A stretch of 63,397 nt of DNA, counting the filler, from Gonapodya sp. JEL0774 (Eukaryota): NCBI GenBank assembly GCA_027604505.1. It is 2 parts of 2 records of this genome, joined end to end, with 100 filler letters (N's around TTAATTAATTAA, not from the genome) between each part and the next. Parts side by side here need not be neighbours in the genome. Positions count along the whole stretch, not along the records: positions 1 to 31,788 come from JADIIX010000198.1; 1 more part is not named here. The stretch is one strand, 5' to 3'. Made by a program: the position numbers and the translations under genes. The notes under the pieces are model-generated. The model was not told the DNA's origin. It did no database searches and was given only the letters and a program-made list of their open reading frames with translations. Of this stretch, positions 1 through 13,200 are shown piece after piece; position 1 is the first letter of the stretch; each line of letters starts with the position of its first letter.

Positions 1-1310
1 CAGGGAGACTCGAGAACGCGAGCCCCCTTCGCGGCAACTAGGCCGGACCCACCGGGTCCCGACTCCTCTCGCCGTGCATCCCATGTCACCGCACCGTCCC
101 AGGTTCCATGCGCTTTGAAGCACCCTACATAGTCCATCCCCGAGTTCATGCTCCATCCGCTCTCGCGCACCCCACCCCAGCCCAGTCCTTGCCGTGTCAC
201 GCTCCAGGTCCATCACGCTCCTCCGTTCCGTTCCCTGTGACCTAACCACCCCAGTCCATCCTCCATTCCATACCAACGCTCTTAGTCCATCACACACACC
301 CAGTCCATGCCATCTCGCGCTCCATCCGCCTTCGCCCACCCCTGTCCCCGTCCATGACATATCTCACATGGTGCGCCGGTCCCACGACCCACGTCATTGG
401 CGCACATGGTCGAGAAACATTGCGAGTCTCTTTGCTTGGACTGCTGGCGATGCGGGGGACGAGTAGGAGTGGGAGTCGGAGAGATGGGAGGGGGAAGGGG
501 AAGAGAAGATGCGGGAGAAGTCCCAGGAGGAGGCGGGTGCGGGGGGGAAGTGGAGGGAGAGGAGGTGGTCGAGGTCGGAGAAGGGGGGGGAAGGGGAGGG
601 GGGTGCGTCGTGGGAATAGGGAGAGGAGAGGAACTGGGATCGCCAGTCGTCGGCGGTGGCAGAGAGGGCAGGAAGGGAGGAAGGGGAAGGGGATGCGGAT
701 GGGGATGCGGATGACCAAGCGGCGGCAAAGTCGTAGTGCTCTGGGTGGTTCCGGAAGTGGTCACAGGCTGTCGGAAGAAGGTGCGGTTGTGGGGGATGGG
801 GTAAGGGAAGGGGCGGGTCGATGAGATATTGATCGAGACCTTCGAGCAGGTCCCATAGGACCAATCCCTGGTTGAAGATGGGAATGGGAATGGGGATTTG
901 GTTTGAGGAGAAGAAGGCGGTGAAATGAGCGTCTTGAGAGAGAGAATGAGAGGATTTGAAGGAATGAGGGAGGGAAGAAGAAGGGAATGAAGGGGGGATT
1001 GAGGGGAAAGAAGAAGGGGGGGAGAGAGAGCGATGGAGAGAGAAGTTTTGATTGAAGTGGATTGGGGAGATGCGGCAGGCGTGGTTTTGCGCGGGGTTTG
1101 CGTTGATAGCGCTGTGGGCGGGTGCCCGCATTGGTGGCTGACTGGGGAGCGGGGGCAAGGGGGGATTGGGGCAAGGGACAGAGAGCGTGGATTGACAGTG
1201 ATTGAGACTTGTGCGAGAACGGAAAGAGCGCGGGAGTTGGAGTGACCGCAGCACCGGGACATTCACTTGATCCGGACCCTCCTTGGACTCCGAGTGCCCG
1301 GCCACACATT
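1..1310 (-). other. Possible 5' part of an unidentified spliced gene, divergent from VWA8
   Basis: Long open frames on the minus strand include a non-repetitive patch (LVLWDLLEGLDQYLIDPP...FRNHPEHYDF). There is a plausible GTGAG...TAG intron at ~367-126. No family recognised and the frame is unresolved. Confidence 0.25.
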
Positions 1311-1464
1311 CCGACGCTCCTCATTCCCGGAACCAACTTTCCATTCCCTCTGTCTCCCTTCTCCCCCCATCCCCATCCCCACCTCTGCCTCCTTCCATCT
1401 CTCATCTGTCCTCCCCCTTTTCTCCGTCCCTCGCCTCCCTTTCTCCGTCCTTGGCCCCAGAGAC

Positions 1465-4400
1465 ATGGCCAACATCAAACCCAATGCCGACTCACCACTC
1501 CCCGCAAACCCTGACATCGAAGACCAAATCCTCTCCATTTCCTCCACTGACTCAAATACTTCCGCTCTCAGACGCATAAACCATGTCAACCGCGTCCTCG
1601 CTCAATCCCCCTCTCCTTCTCCTTCCTCGGCCGCAGTCCGCATCGGCGATGTCACCGTCGCCATGCCAAAAGTCCGCGCTCCTGAACTCGTACCTGACTA
1701 CCTCCAGCCACTCTACGAGTCTTCCCAGGTGCGTACCCCAGTCTGTGCCGGTTGTTTTTGTTCGCCACATGGCACCGAGGCCATGCCGACCTCCGTGTTC
1801 GGGAGACACTGGCCGACCTCCACGAGATGGAGAGATTGGGCCCGAGACCATACCCGCACTCCTTGATGATCATTGACACTTTGATGATCCGGTTCCATAT
1901 GGGCCCCCGTGCGCGTGTCTGTGTGTTCCGGTGTGTGTGGGCTACCCCGTCCCGGAGAGACGGCCCCCCCAGGGCAAGCACAGCGTGCCCCAGCCCCGTG
2001 GTCCATACTTGCGTGGTCGGTCGGTCGCGGGAAAACACGGTCGAGGTGACGTGACCCCACTCACGTGGGATTACTTTTCCTTTGCCTTGCTTTCTCTTGT
2101 TCCACGTTCGGCACACGGCATCACCAGCGTTTCTCACCTCGCCTTTCCGTTCCCCTGTCCCTGTCCCCCCCTCTCTTTCCTGCCTCCCCATCAGGAAATT
2201 CTCCGCCACCTGCGCTGGATCATGCAGAAGGACGTGCTCGGTCAGGACATTTTCTTGCTCGGGTGAGTGGTGGTAAGGACGGGCGGGCGAACGTGGTGCG
2301 CTTTTCAGGAATGGGAGAGTGGGGCCGACTGGGACAGAGTGGTCGAGGTGGTGGAGGTGGTGGACGTGGGGGAGTGGTGGAGCTGGTGGAATGGCACGGG
2401 GGGGGGGACTCAACGTGGTGGATAGGGCCCTTGAGCCCTCGTGCCACTTGTCCTCCTGCTCTAGCATTTTTGTTTCGTTTTCGTTTTTTATTTTATTTTT
2501 TTCTTTTGATGTGGACGGGGACGTGGACTGACACCCCCATCTGTTCCCATTTCATCGTCCCGCTCCCTCACACCGTCACACCCTCACATGCCCATCCCCC
2601 ATCTCCCCCCCCTTTCCCCTTGTAGTCCCCCTGGCTCCTTCCGCCGCTCCCTCGCCATCCGCTACGCCTCGCTCACCCGCCGCGAAATCGAGTACGTCCC
2701 CCTTTCCAAAGACGTGACCGACGGCGACCTCAAACAGCGTCGCGAGATCGCCGGCGGGACTGCGTATTACTTGGACCAGGCGTGTGTCAGGGCCGCCACC
2801 GAGGGGAGGATATTGATCCTGGACGGCATAGAAAAGGCCGAGCGGAACGTGTTGCCCATTATCAATAATTTGTTGGAGAATAGGGAGATGGCGTTGGGTG
2901 GGTTTATGGGCGATGGGGTATGGGGGACACCGGGGGCGGGGGCTGTTTTGGGGGGTGGGGGGTTGAGTAGAGAAGAAGACGACGGAGGGGAGGTGGTTTT
3001 GACGATCTCTGGACTGCCCTGACCGTCCTCCTCTCTCTCTGACCCCTGACCAACCCATCCCACCCCCCCTCCACTCCACTCAGAGGACGGCCGCTTCCTT
3101 GTGCACCCCAAACGCTACGACACTCTCATCCGCCAACAAACCAAGGGCGACCTCGACCGCTTCAAGCTCGTGCGTGTCTCGGAACGCTTCCTGGTCGTGG
3201 CCTTGGGCGTCCCCGTGCCCCGCTACGAGGGGTACCCCTTGGACCCCCCGCTCCGCTCCCGGTTCCAGTCCCGCTCCATCCCGCACCCGTCCTTCGCCAA
3301 CCAGGTGGCCCACCTGGCCGGCTCGGTGGCCCCCTCGGTGGCAAAGCGGACCCTCGAGAGGCTCGTGTCGGTCGCCACGGTGGTGCGCACTTTGCCGAGG
3401 GAGAGCACAACGGTGGTCCCAGAGTTCCCCGCAACGACGGAGCAGGCCGCGCGCGTGCTCCACATGTTCCCCAAGGTCCGCGAACGGTTCGTCCTGGACC
3501 TGTGCTACCCTTTCACCATTCTCGAGGGTTGGGAAACCGAGAAGCGCAACGTGGTCGAGACCGCGTACCAGCGGTTCGGATTCCTGGGCGACGCGCAGGG
3601 CACCACGGGCACCACCGACGACGCCTCTGAAGACCCTGCCTATGGTCAACTCGAACCAGGTTACCGCGTCGTCTCCTTTATCAAACTCGCCCCAACCAAA
3701 CTCGTCTCGGGCCTCCTGGCCCACCGGGCCGCCGTCACGTTCGTCTCGCTCAAGGACGACTCCACAGTCACGGTCGAGGTGCCGGCGGGTCCCGATGCGT
3801 CCACGGCATCGGAGGGGTTCGTCCAGACCGAGTACCACGCGGCCATGGTGGCAAGTATGGTCGTGTCCCATGCGGCCAGCGGGGACTTTTGTGTCATGGG
3901 GGAGAAGGGAGCCGGGAAGAGTGCCCTGGTCAGGGAGTTTGCCAGGAGGTTGGGCTATAGGGTGGAGTTTATTCCGTGAGTTGCGGTAGGGGGGGTTGTG
4001 GGGGGTGGGGAGGGGGTGGCTTGGTGGGAGTGGGACCAAGTGTCTTCGCTTTCTTGTGGCGTTTGGGGAGATCAGTCGCTCTACTCACATTGGTCCATTG
4101 GATTGGACTTGCCCCCACCGTCGTTTCGCATGAATCTTACCCCTTCCGCCCCACCCACCCCCCGCCACCCCTCAGTCTCTACAAGGACATGTCTGCCCGC
4201 GACCTCCTCCAGCGCCGCAGCACCACGCTCACCGGCGACACCATCTGGGAGAGCTCCCCCCTCGTCAAGGCCGCCCTCAACGGCTCCCTTGCTCTCCTCG
4301 ACTCTGCCGACTCGGTCATGCCCCAAACCCTCACCACCATCGGCCGTCTCCTCTCCGAGCGCGAGATCCAACTCCCCGACGGAACGCTTCTGGTTCACCC

Positions 4401-7400
4401 CGAGCGGTACGCCCGTCTCATGCAGCACAACGGGTGGTCCGTGGACGACCTGGAGAAACGCCGGGTGTTTTCCATCCACCCGTCGTTCCGGATCGTGGCC
4501 CTGGCCCGCCCGAACAGCAGGTGGCTCAGCGAGGAGACCACGTCGCTCTGGACGTGGATCGTGCTGAGGGGACTCAAGTTCCAGGAGGAGATGCATCTCA
4601 TACACACGGTGTGTCCAGACGCGGACCAGGAGAGGTTGAGTCTGCTCGTCAAGTTTGCGGATCAGCTCAGGAACGATAAGGATGATGTGGTCAAGCAGCT
4701 GAGTGGGTCGCTGTCCACCAGGTGAGAGAGTGGGGCTGGGAGGCTGGGTACGGGAAGGTGTTGGCCACATCGTGGGATTCTGGCCCACTTTGGTGGGCTG
4801 GGGTGTGGAGAGTTTGGAAGCCGGGTGGAGGCAGTTCGAGATCAGACAGCCTGACGTTTTGCTTGCCGTTTGCGCCTTTTCGCCGATCATTCTACCTGCG
4901 ATTGCCGTCTCATTGTCACCCGTCGAACACCCCCCTTTCCCCCCAAATCACCAGACAACTCCTCCGTATCGCCCGTCGCATTTCCGCGTTCCCGGACGAA
5001 TCCCTCTTCACGGCCATCCACAAGGTGGCGCTCTCCCGTTTCTTGCCGTCCCTCGCCAAACAGGCCCTGGACGCCATCCTCGAGAAGAACGGAATCGTCG
5101 CACCGCCGACGCTTGAGGATCGCGACGCGGTGAGTGATCTGTGGCAGAGGCGCACAGACGGGGGGGAAAATGTGTCGTTCCGTGTCTACATGGGCTGTCC
5201 TCGTCAATCATCCCTCCACCACCTCTCCATTACTTTTGGCACAACAGATTGAGATCCAACAAATTCCCAGCGAGAATCCACAGGTCCTCCGCATCGGCAA
5301 CATCGAGCACCCCGTCGCTCAAGATACCAACCCGCTCCTCATACCCGATCTGGTCTTCTACGAGAACCCGAAGCAAACGGAAATCCTCAGAGAAATGCTC
5401 AAGGATTGGAAGCTCGGGGAGCAGCTGTTGCTCATTGGGAACCAAGGTGTCGGCAAGAACAAGCGTGAGTGGGACTTTGCGACCCCGAGCTTTTGCTCTA
5501 TTTTTCTTGTTTAATGGTACTTTCTTTTGTTTCTTTGTCGGTTTGCTGGCTCGGGTCGCTCTTATCGTCTTATCGGATGTGCCGCTACCAGTCACCGACA
5601 AGTTCCTCCAGCTTTTGAAGCTTCCGCGAGAGTACATGCAACTGCACAGGGACACCACTGTACAGTCTCTCACATCCACTCCGTCTATTGTTGACGGTGT
5701 CCTCCAGTACGAAGACTCGTCGCTCGTTCGCGCGTGTCGTGAAGGTTACATCCTCGTGGTCGACGAAGCCGATAAGGCGCCGACACACGTCACCGCCATT
5801 CTCAAAACTTTGGTGGAAGATGGTGAAATGGTGCTTTCGGACGGGCGTCGTATCGTTTCAAGGCTGCCCATGGAATCTCCGGCAGCGGCAGGAGTTGCGA
5901 ATGACAGCGAACGAGAAGAGTACATATTGATCCACCCTGTGAGTTTTTGTGTGTTGCACTGGAAGTTTCAGCAATTCGAAAATGTCCACTTTGACTCACA
6001 AATGCTGTTATTGTTTGTCCTGTGTTTAGGCGTTCCGGATGATTGTTTTGGCCAACCGACCAGGATTTCCATTCTTGGGAAACGATTTCTACAGAGAAAT
6101 CGGTGACGTGTTTTCCTCACATTCGATCGACAACCCTGATATGGATTCGGAGCTCGCTATGCTTCGCAAATACGCACCGCATGTTCCCGAGGATGTTCTC
6201 GTGAAACTCACCATGGCGTTCAATGATTTGCGCCGCTTGGTCGATGAGGGTTTGATTTCGTACCCTTACTCCACCAGAGAACTCGTGAACATCGTGAAGC
6301 ACCTCGAGACTTTCCCGCAGGAGGGATTGTCGAGGGCGGTCCGTAATGTTTTCGATTTTGATCAGTTCGACCCCGAGACCAAGGAGCTACTGATTGAGAC
6401 ACTGCAAAAGAATGGTATTCCAGCGGGAATGGAGTCAGATTTCAGAATGGAACTCGGTGTGGATGTGAAGCTTTCGGAACCGATTCTCTTGGAAAGCTGG
6501 TTAAAGCGGCCTTCCGGGAAAGTGGACAAAAAAACGTGTGAAGTCGAGAGCCGCGAAATCTCCAGCAGAGGAGGATGGCCGATAATTCCCTCGAAGGATA
6601 TTGCGGAGCTTGAGCGTACTGAAAGTGAGTGCAAATCCGCGGTCATTAAACTATTGCCCAGGCCGTGAGTTATATAACGATGAACGTGCAAATTGGGTTA
6701 TAGTGCGATCTATTACATTCAGCGAGCAAATCTATAGCTTCAAGATTCCGACCAAGGGTGAAGCCCTCGATGTGTATGCCGCCGACGACGGGACCATCTA
6801 TTGCATAACCACGAGTCCTGTGACCCTCCACATTGTTGCTCCCGATCACCGACGACTCCTCGGATCCATTGATCTGTATGAATACTTCCCGCTTCAGAAA
6901 GGTCAGCTGGCGAGAGACATTGAAGAGTTCAACGAGAGGATGGCCAGCCACCCCGCAGCTTTCATTAATTCTGCTGTGGCCGGTCGTCCGACCGTTCGAA
7001 TACGCCGCAAGTGTCTGGGATTTGCCTTCCGTTGACCTGAAACTGATTACCACTTTGTTCTCTACCCTCCTGTTCTGACGTGCTTTTCGTGGTATCCCGC
7101 CTTGCCATATGCAGCTTCCATGTCTCTAAAAATTGCGATGCTTGGGCGTACAAACCTCGTCCTGCACAATCCTGTGGAACACACGCTTCTGATTTTGGAT
7201 TTAGCAGAGAACAAGATCGTGTCCGTAATAGTAAGTAGCCCACTTTCAGATTTGGAATATTTTTGCATTGAAATGTTGGCTTCAGGTTCCTGGTTTGGAA
7301 CCACAGCCGACGTCAACAATGGTAAAAGCATTGGCATCTGAAGGAGTATTGAGTGAGTTGAAGGGTAGTCATCCTAATGTTGCTCTGTGGCCATCTCTGA

Positions 7401-10100
7401 TCAATCATACAACTTCAAGTTTTGTTCCAGGAAGCGAAGAGCACTATTGTGATTCTGGATTTCGCTGAAGGGATGCAATTCATCATGAAACTGCCAATTC
7501 GGATTGCTAATATCTTCCCAGTCAAGAAGGACGCCTGGTTGATTCAATCTTATGATTTCACTTTCGACAAGCGTGCGACTTACTTATTGACCTGTGGTCC
7601 AGATGCTACCGAGGATATGTGGGTGCCGACTATCATCGAGACAGTGGAAGTCCGAAACAGTCGTGGTCAAGCCAAAGTCGCCGAAGTCCTCCACATGTCG
7701 AATGATATCCACGATTCCGCGCACGGTTCCATCCGCTTTTTGGCTACGAAAGAGTACGAGAACATGACTACCATCAGTCCCTCTTTCTCTGGTCCTTGGG
7801 ACTCTCCCGATGGTGGCAAGATTGAACTTTTTGGATATGATCGAGACTCACGTCACAACATTGTGAACAAGTTTTTGAACCTTCGAACTTCACATGTGGG
7901 ATTAGAAAAGACCGGGCAAATGGCTTCCGTCGTTCCAACTGAGGTAAGATAATGAGTGCGATCTGAATAGTCGTTCCCATCCATGCGGCCAAACCGTTCA
8001 ATGTGTCGCGCTCTAAAAGGACGGAAGGAACGAAGGCTTTTTGGAAATACACAACGTTCGTGAAAGGCGCCTTCGGAGGTTGGTGGACTGACACTTTCCA
8101 GGGTGCATTCGAATGTAAACGGATAACTAACATGCTATCCCACAGGATCAAAATCCCACTGACAATCCCTGTGTCAATCATGCATGAAACTAACGTTCCC
8201 ACTAGTGGCATGTACGGTAGAGCTCCTACTGATTCTGCTCGGCAAGTTGTAAGCATGGCGGAGTTGCCAAATGGAGCACTTTTGACAATGGATTTAGCAG
8301 GTCTGTTCGCTGGATTTGGAGGATCCGCAATTGCAAATGCATTGACATGTTCTCAATACCCTCAAGGAGTCGCCCGTGTGTGGCAGGTGAAATACGAGGA
8401 CCTTGTTCGTGATGCCAACACTTGGAAACGACTTGTTGGATCACTTGACGAGAAAGTCCTCAAGGTTATCTACCAGGGACAGGAAGGTGATGACGAAGGA
8501 GAAGGTGATGGAATGGGCGGTAAAGGAAAAGGTGAAGGAGAGGGCGAGGGTGAAGGGGAGGGGAAAGGAGAAGGGAAGGGCAAAGGAGATGGGGAGGGTG
8601 AGGGCGGTGGTGGCGGAAGCGGAAGTGGAGGAGAACCCGGACAGGATGAGACAGCGCGGGAGGCTGGGACTATCGACGCGAACTTCAACATGGTATGGTA
8701 ATGAAGGGAAGAATGTTCTACACTGGGCGAAACTTACCACTGTGTATTTCTTGTAGAGGAGTGGTGATGACGCACAACCTCAGGAGCTTTCCGATGCGCA
8801 AAAGGAATTACATAGCCTGGCCATGCGAAAAAGGTTGCAACAGCTTGATATGACGGAGCAGCAAATGGAGATGTATACAAAGTATCTTTCCAACGTGCAG
8901 CGTCAGGTGAGAGAGATTCGAGTTGTGTTAGAGTCAGTGGAAGCGAAGAACAAGGAACGTGTGTGGCTCAAAAATCAATCAACCGGGGACGTAGATGATA
9001 CGAAACTGTGAGTTAAGTCATGTTGTGTGCATGGACTCAGATAGTTCGTAACCCTCCCCTTTACAGGATTGAAGGTTTGACAGGAGAGCGTGCAATATAT
9101 AAGCGGAGGGGGGAAACCGACGAAATCGGCATCATCCAACAAAAGCCCAAGAAAATAATTTTTGCATTCGATCTAAGTGCTAGCATGATGCGATTTAATG
9201 GACATGACCAGCGTTTGGATCGGAGTTTGGAGGTCGCCCTGATGATCATGGAGTCCTTCAAAGGATTCGAGAAGAAGTTCGAATACAAGATCTTGGGTCA
9301 CTCTGGTGACGCACCAAACATGCCATTTGTGATTCCCGGTGAATATCCGACCAATGAGAAAGAAATGTTCATGGCGATTAGGTATTGTCACCGCAACGTG
9401 CTGGATTGTTCTCTGCGAATGAGGAACTGAGTTTTTCTTGTTATCTCTTCAATATCCACTAGTCGCATGAATGCTCACGCTCAGTACTGTCTTTCGGGAG
9501 GTTGGTGGAAGAAGCGCGTGCTGAGTTTTGGTTCTTCGTTTCACGTATAATGATGTCTGTATTTCACCTTTCAAGATAACACTCTTGCTGCTTGTACAAC
9601 GGCAATCAAAGATGTTGTTAAAGAAGAAGGCGGTAGGTCCATAGCATCCGTTTTCGATCGTCCATGAAAGTTGTTGACCTGCACGGGATTTGGTGGTCAA
9701 AACTTCAGATGACTATTTTGTTGTCGTGCTTTCGGACGCCAACATCACACAATACAACATCACTCCCAATGCGATTGCGAAAGGTGAGAAAGGGGAATGT
9801 GATTTAAGGATCACAGGTTCTCTAACCAGGACACAAAAGCTCTGAAGAGTGACGAGAGAGTCAATTCTTTTATGATCTTCATTGGTACTATCGGTGACCA
9901 GGCCGAACGACTCCAAAAGTCCGTTCCTGGAAATGCATTTGTGTGCATGAACACACAGGACGTGAGTTCCCCCACAAGAGAAGGTTCTTTTGGTACTAGG
10001 TTTCTTGGAGTTCTGATAGTCACTATCATATTCACCATATTTGTAGCTACCAAAGATCATTCGTAGCATGTTTTTGAGCTCGTTGCTCAAAGGATTTTAG
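1465..10100 (+). CDS. VWA8: von Willebrand factor A domain-containing protein 8 (three AAA+ modules plus C-terminal VWA), multi-exon
   Basis: Spliced exons give EILRHLRWIMQKDVLGQDIFLLGPPGSFRRSLA...KQRREIAGGTAYYLDQACVRAATEGRILILDGIEKAERNVLPIINNLLENREMALEDGRFL. Walker A motifs GEKGAGKS and GNQGVGKN, and YPYSTRELVNIVKHL, are present. The VWA MIDAS motif is DLSASM...GHSGD. ATG at 1465; ends LPKIIRSMFLSSLLKGF* at 10100. Introns are GT-AG (e.g. 1729-2194, 2898-3083). Confidence 0.95.
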
Positions 10101-10222
10101 CTTCTCCAGTAGTATCAGACATACGCAAGCTGTTGCTACCACGCTTTTGACGGAAACTGTAGATATACTTAGATTACAATCCACATAAATTAAACCAACC
10201 ACAGTCTAAGAACCCACCCGTT

Positions 10223-13200
10223 TCAACCACTCGTTGTGATTGCGCAACAATACCTCTGACTGAGATGTGGAAACGTGTAAAGGCTTCGTTCTCCTGTCAT
10301 AGAGGTTGTCGCTGTGTTTTGACATGTTATCGCAGACCTTATGTGACGCGGTGAGTCGGGTGCGGAATGGGGATCTTTCAACGCGGTTAAATACTGGAAC
10401 AATCCCAGCCGATGAGATTTAGTCACTCACACTGTTCGTAAGTGGAAGTCTGGTTGTGATCGGTTTCTGAGCATTGCCTCCAGCTCTCGGATGTTTTCAC
10501 GTGCGGTGGCGACTGACATTGTTGGCTTGGGGCTCACTGTTATCTGAAAAGCAGTGTCCACCCAGAGTCCAAGTCACAAGTTCTCAAATGGTCGACTCAC
10601 TGATACTCCCCCTTCAAATGGTTGACTCATTGTGCTGCTGTGTGGATGATAACAATGGGCGGGAAAACTTCAGCTTGAGACAATCAGGGTGTGAGAGCGC
10701 GGTCAACGCCATATCAATCTTACGGTTGCTGCAACGTATCCCATGCAATAGGCACTTCTCCATCATTGTCATGATGCAGTTGTCTACGAGATGCTTTAAT
10801 GCGTCCTCGTGGTCTCGGAGAATAGTCGTGTGAATGGACCTTCAGCTCGGAGCGCCTTCTTTGACTGTTCTCACCCAAGTCTTCCATCTTCAGGGGAGAG
10901 CGACGAGGTGACTGGGAAAAGGAAACGCTTGACTTTCCTGGACTGTTCTCGCGTGAGTATCTAAAGGACCGAGATATCTCTTCAGAGTCGGCGTCCCCCG
11001 AACTGTCATGCTCGCCGTGACGGGCATGTCCAAAATTGGGTCCTCTAGGGCTCCTGCGACGAATGTGAAATCCCTCTCGATCATGTGACCGTGAGCGACG
11101 CCGGGGATCGGAACGAAGGGTGGATGCTATCACCCGTCGCACAAGCTGCTCAATATCTCTATCAACATGCGCATTACTATCACCAGGTAGGTCAAGCGAA
11201 TCAGACAGCTGAATACATTTGTGCTGTTGCGCAGCCGGGACTCCGCTGGAAAGTGCTATTCCATCGACAATCGGATTTCTAGACTCATACTTGCTTTCCA
11301 ACAAAAGTCGACGTCGCTCCAGATCCTTTTCGGAGGCTTCCACTATAGACCTTTCTTTTTCGAGAGCTTCTTTGCGTTTGCGGAGACTGTCCGCGAGGAC
11401 TTCCACCTCCGCGCGAATTTTATCTAGTTCCACCCTCACCAAATTGCTTTGAGCCGCTATTTTATTCTGACTCTCTTGAACTCGAAGTTTCAATGTTTCC
11501 TCCGCGAGTTGATTTTCACGTCGAAGAGATGCAACTTCTGCATCAAATCGGACTCGTTCTGATCGTAGGTCATCGTCTCGAGACTTTTTCGCTCTCTTCA
11601 GATCCTCCTCAAATGCATCCTCCATTTTCTGAAGCTCCTTCTTGTTTCGTTCTGTCATTTCCCGCTTCGTTAGTTCATGCTCTTGTTCTCGATGCACCCG
11701 TTCTCTTTTGCACCTCTCTTCGAGTTCCTGTTTGCGAACACTCAATTGTTCTCGGATCTGTTCTAAGCACGTGCTGTGTTCCTTTTCAGTCTCAGAGATT
11801 CTTTTGCGAGAGATTTGCTGCAGTTCTTGAGATTTTCGCTCTAACTCTGATTCGTATTTGCGCTGAACGTCTGTCAGTTCTTCTTCAAATTTTCGTTTCA
11901 GCTCCGATTGTCTTCGCTCCATCTCTACATTGCATTGATTCTCGGCCTCTCGGAGCCGTAGTTCCGCCAAGGATTTCAGTTCAAAGACTTTTTTTTCTGC
12001 CTCCAATGTGTGCAACTTTTCAGCAGCAGCTATTCTCGCATCCGACATTTTCCTGAAAGCAATTTCTGACGCAGCCACTCGTTTTTCTGTTTCTTGTTCA
12101 AAATCCGTTATGTTCTGATCGTATGTACGCGGAGTATTAGTTGCACCCGGCATTAAGTGCGAGACTTGTGAGGCATCATGAGGTCCGGGATGATCGTCAG
12201 TTTCAGGAAACTTCGATATCGAGGTGGAAGAGAGCACTGTGTCTGCTTGAATAGGCAGCTGATGGAGTGGTTGACTTTTTTTGGAGAGTTGACCTGACTG
12301 TGCCCCGTTACCACGGACGTATTCCGAGAAAATAGTAATCACATCATCGGGGGCCAACGGCTTCGAAGAATTGCCCAGTTCTCGATGATTGTTCACGTAC
12401 TCCATGCAAAGGAGAATAACTTCTTGGAGTTGTGGTTCCGTAAGAGGGGCCTTTTGAGACGGACAAGAGCGAGGAACCGACAATAGCCCGGAACGACCTG
12501 CCTCCACCTGGTCTCAATCGAATTATTGCTACTCGTCATTTGACACGGAATGGCGAGTAGAACTTACAGAGTGTTCGTTTGATGTGACCACGACTTTGAC
12601 GGTGTCGTGCTGCACTTCAGCATGCTCGCATGTAACCTTTGCTGGCTAGCGACAAATGCTGATAAAGAACGCGAGCTGGACAGGGTAAAAAGCTGGCTAA
12701 CATCTCACCTCGTCAATTCCTTTGCTGCGTAATTCCGATTTCACTGCCGTTTCCTTGTGCCGGGACTGGTACTCACGATAGAGAGACACCCGCTCACTGG
12801 AAAGGACTCCACCGTCTACTGTTGTAGTGTCTTTGCCTGCTGGATCGCAATGGGGTATCATGTTGTCTACTGGTGTCACACCCGTGGTTGTGCTACCTCT
12901 CTCGTCCGAAGAGTACCTCTCCATATAAGTTGCAAAAAGATTCTCGCGCTCTCCTGTAACATTAAGAAGATTGTCGGCTGCAGCAACACTCGAATTCATG
13001 GGGGATTTCCCAGGTTCGCCGGAGAAGTTCAGTGAAGTGACAGCATTTGTCTGCTTGCCGAGGTACTCTGAATAGATAGCTTCCCTCTCGTTCACATCAA
13101 CGTTTGGAGCTCGGGTAATTTCTTCTCTTGGAAACACTTCGGAGGTACTTGACGCGTCAGGATGTCGATCCTGGCGTTGAGTGAGATCAACAGAGGCCTT

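Noticed and set aside
194..1405. Many overlapping Pro/Ser- or Gly/Arg-rich ORFs
   Set aside because: By-product of the extreme G/C-skewed low complexity, which lacks stops in several frames; no recognisable domain.
1864..1887. Two TGATGA (box C-like) motifs in VWA8 intron 1
   Set aside because: No suitably placed CTGA box D or terminal stem, so a snoRNA is not supported.
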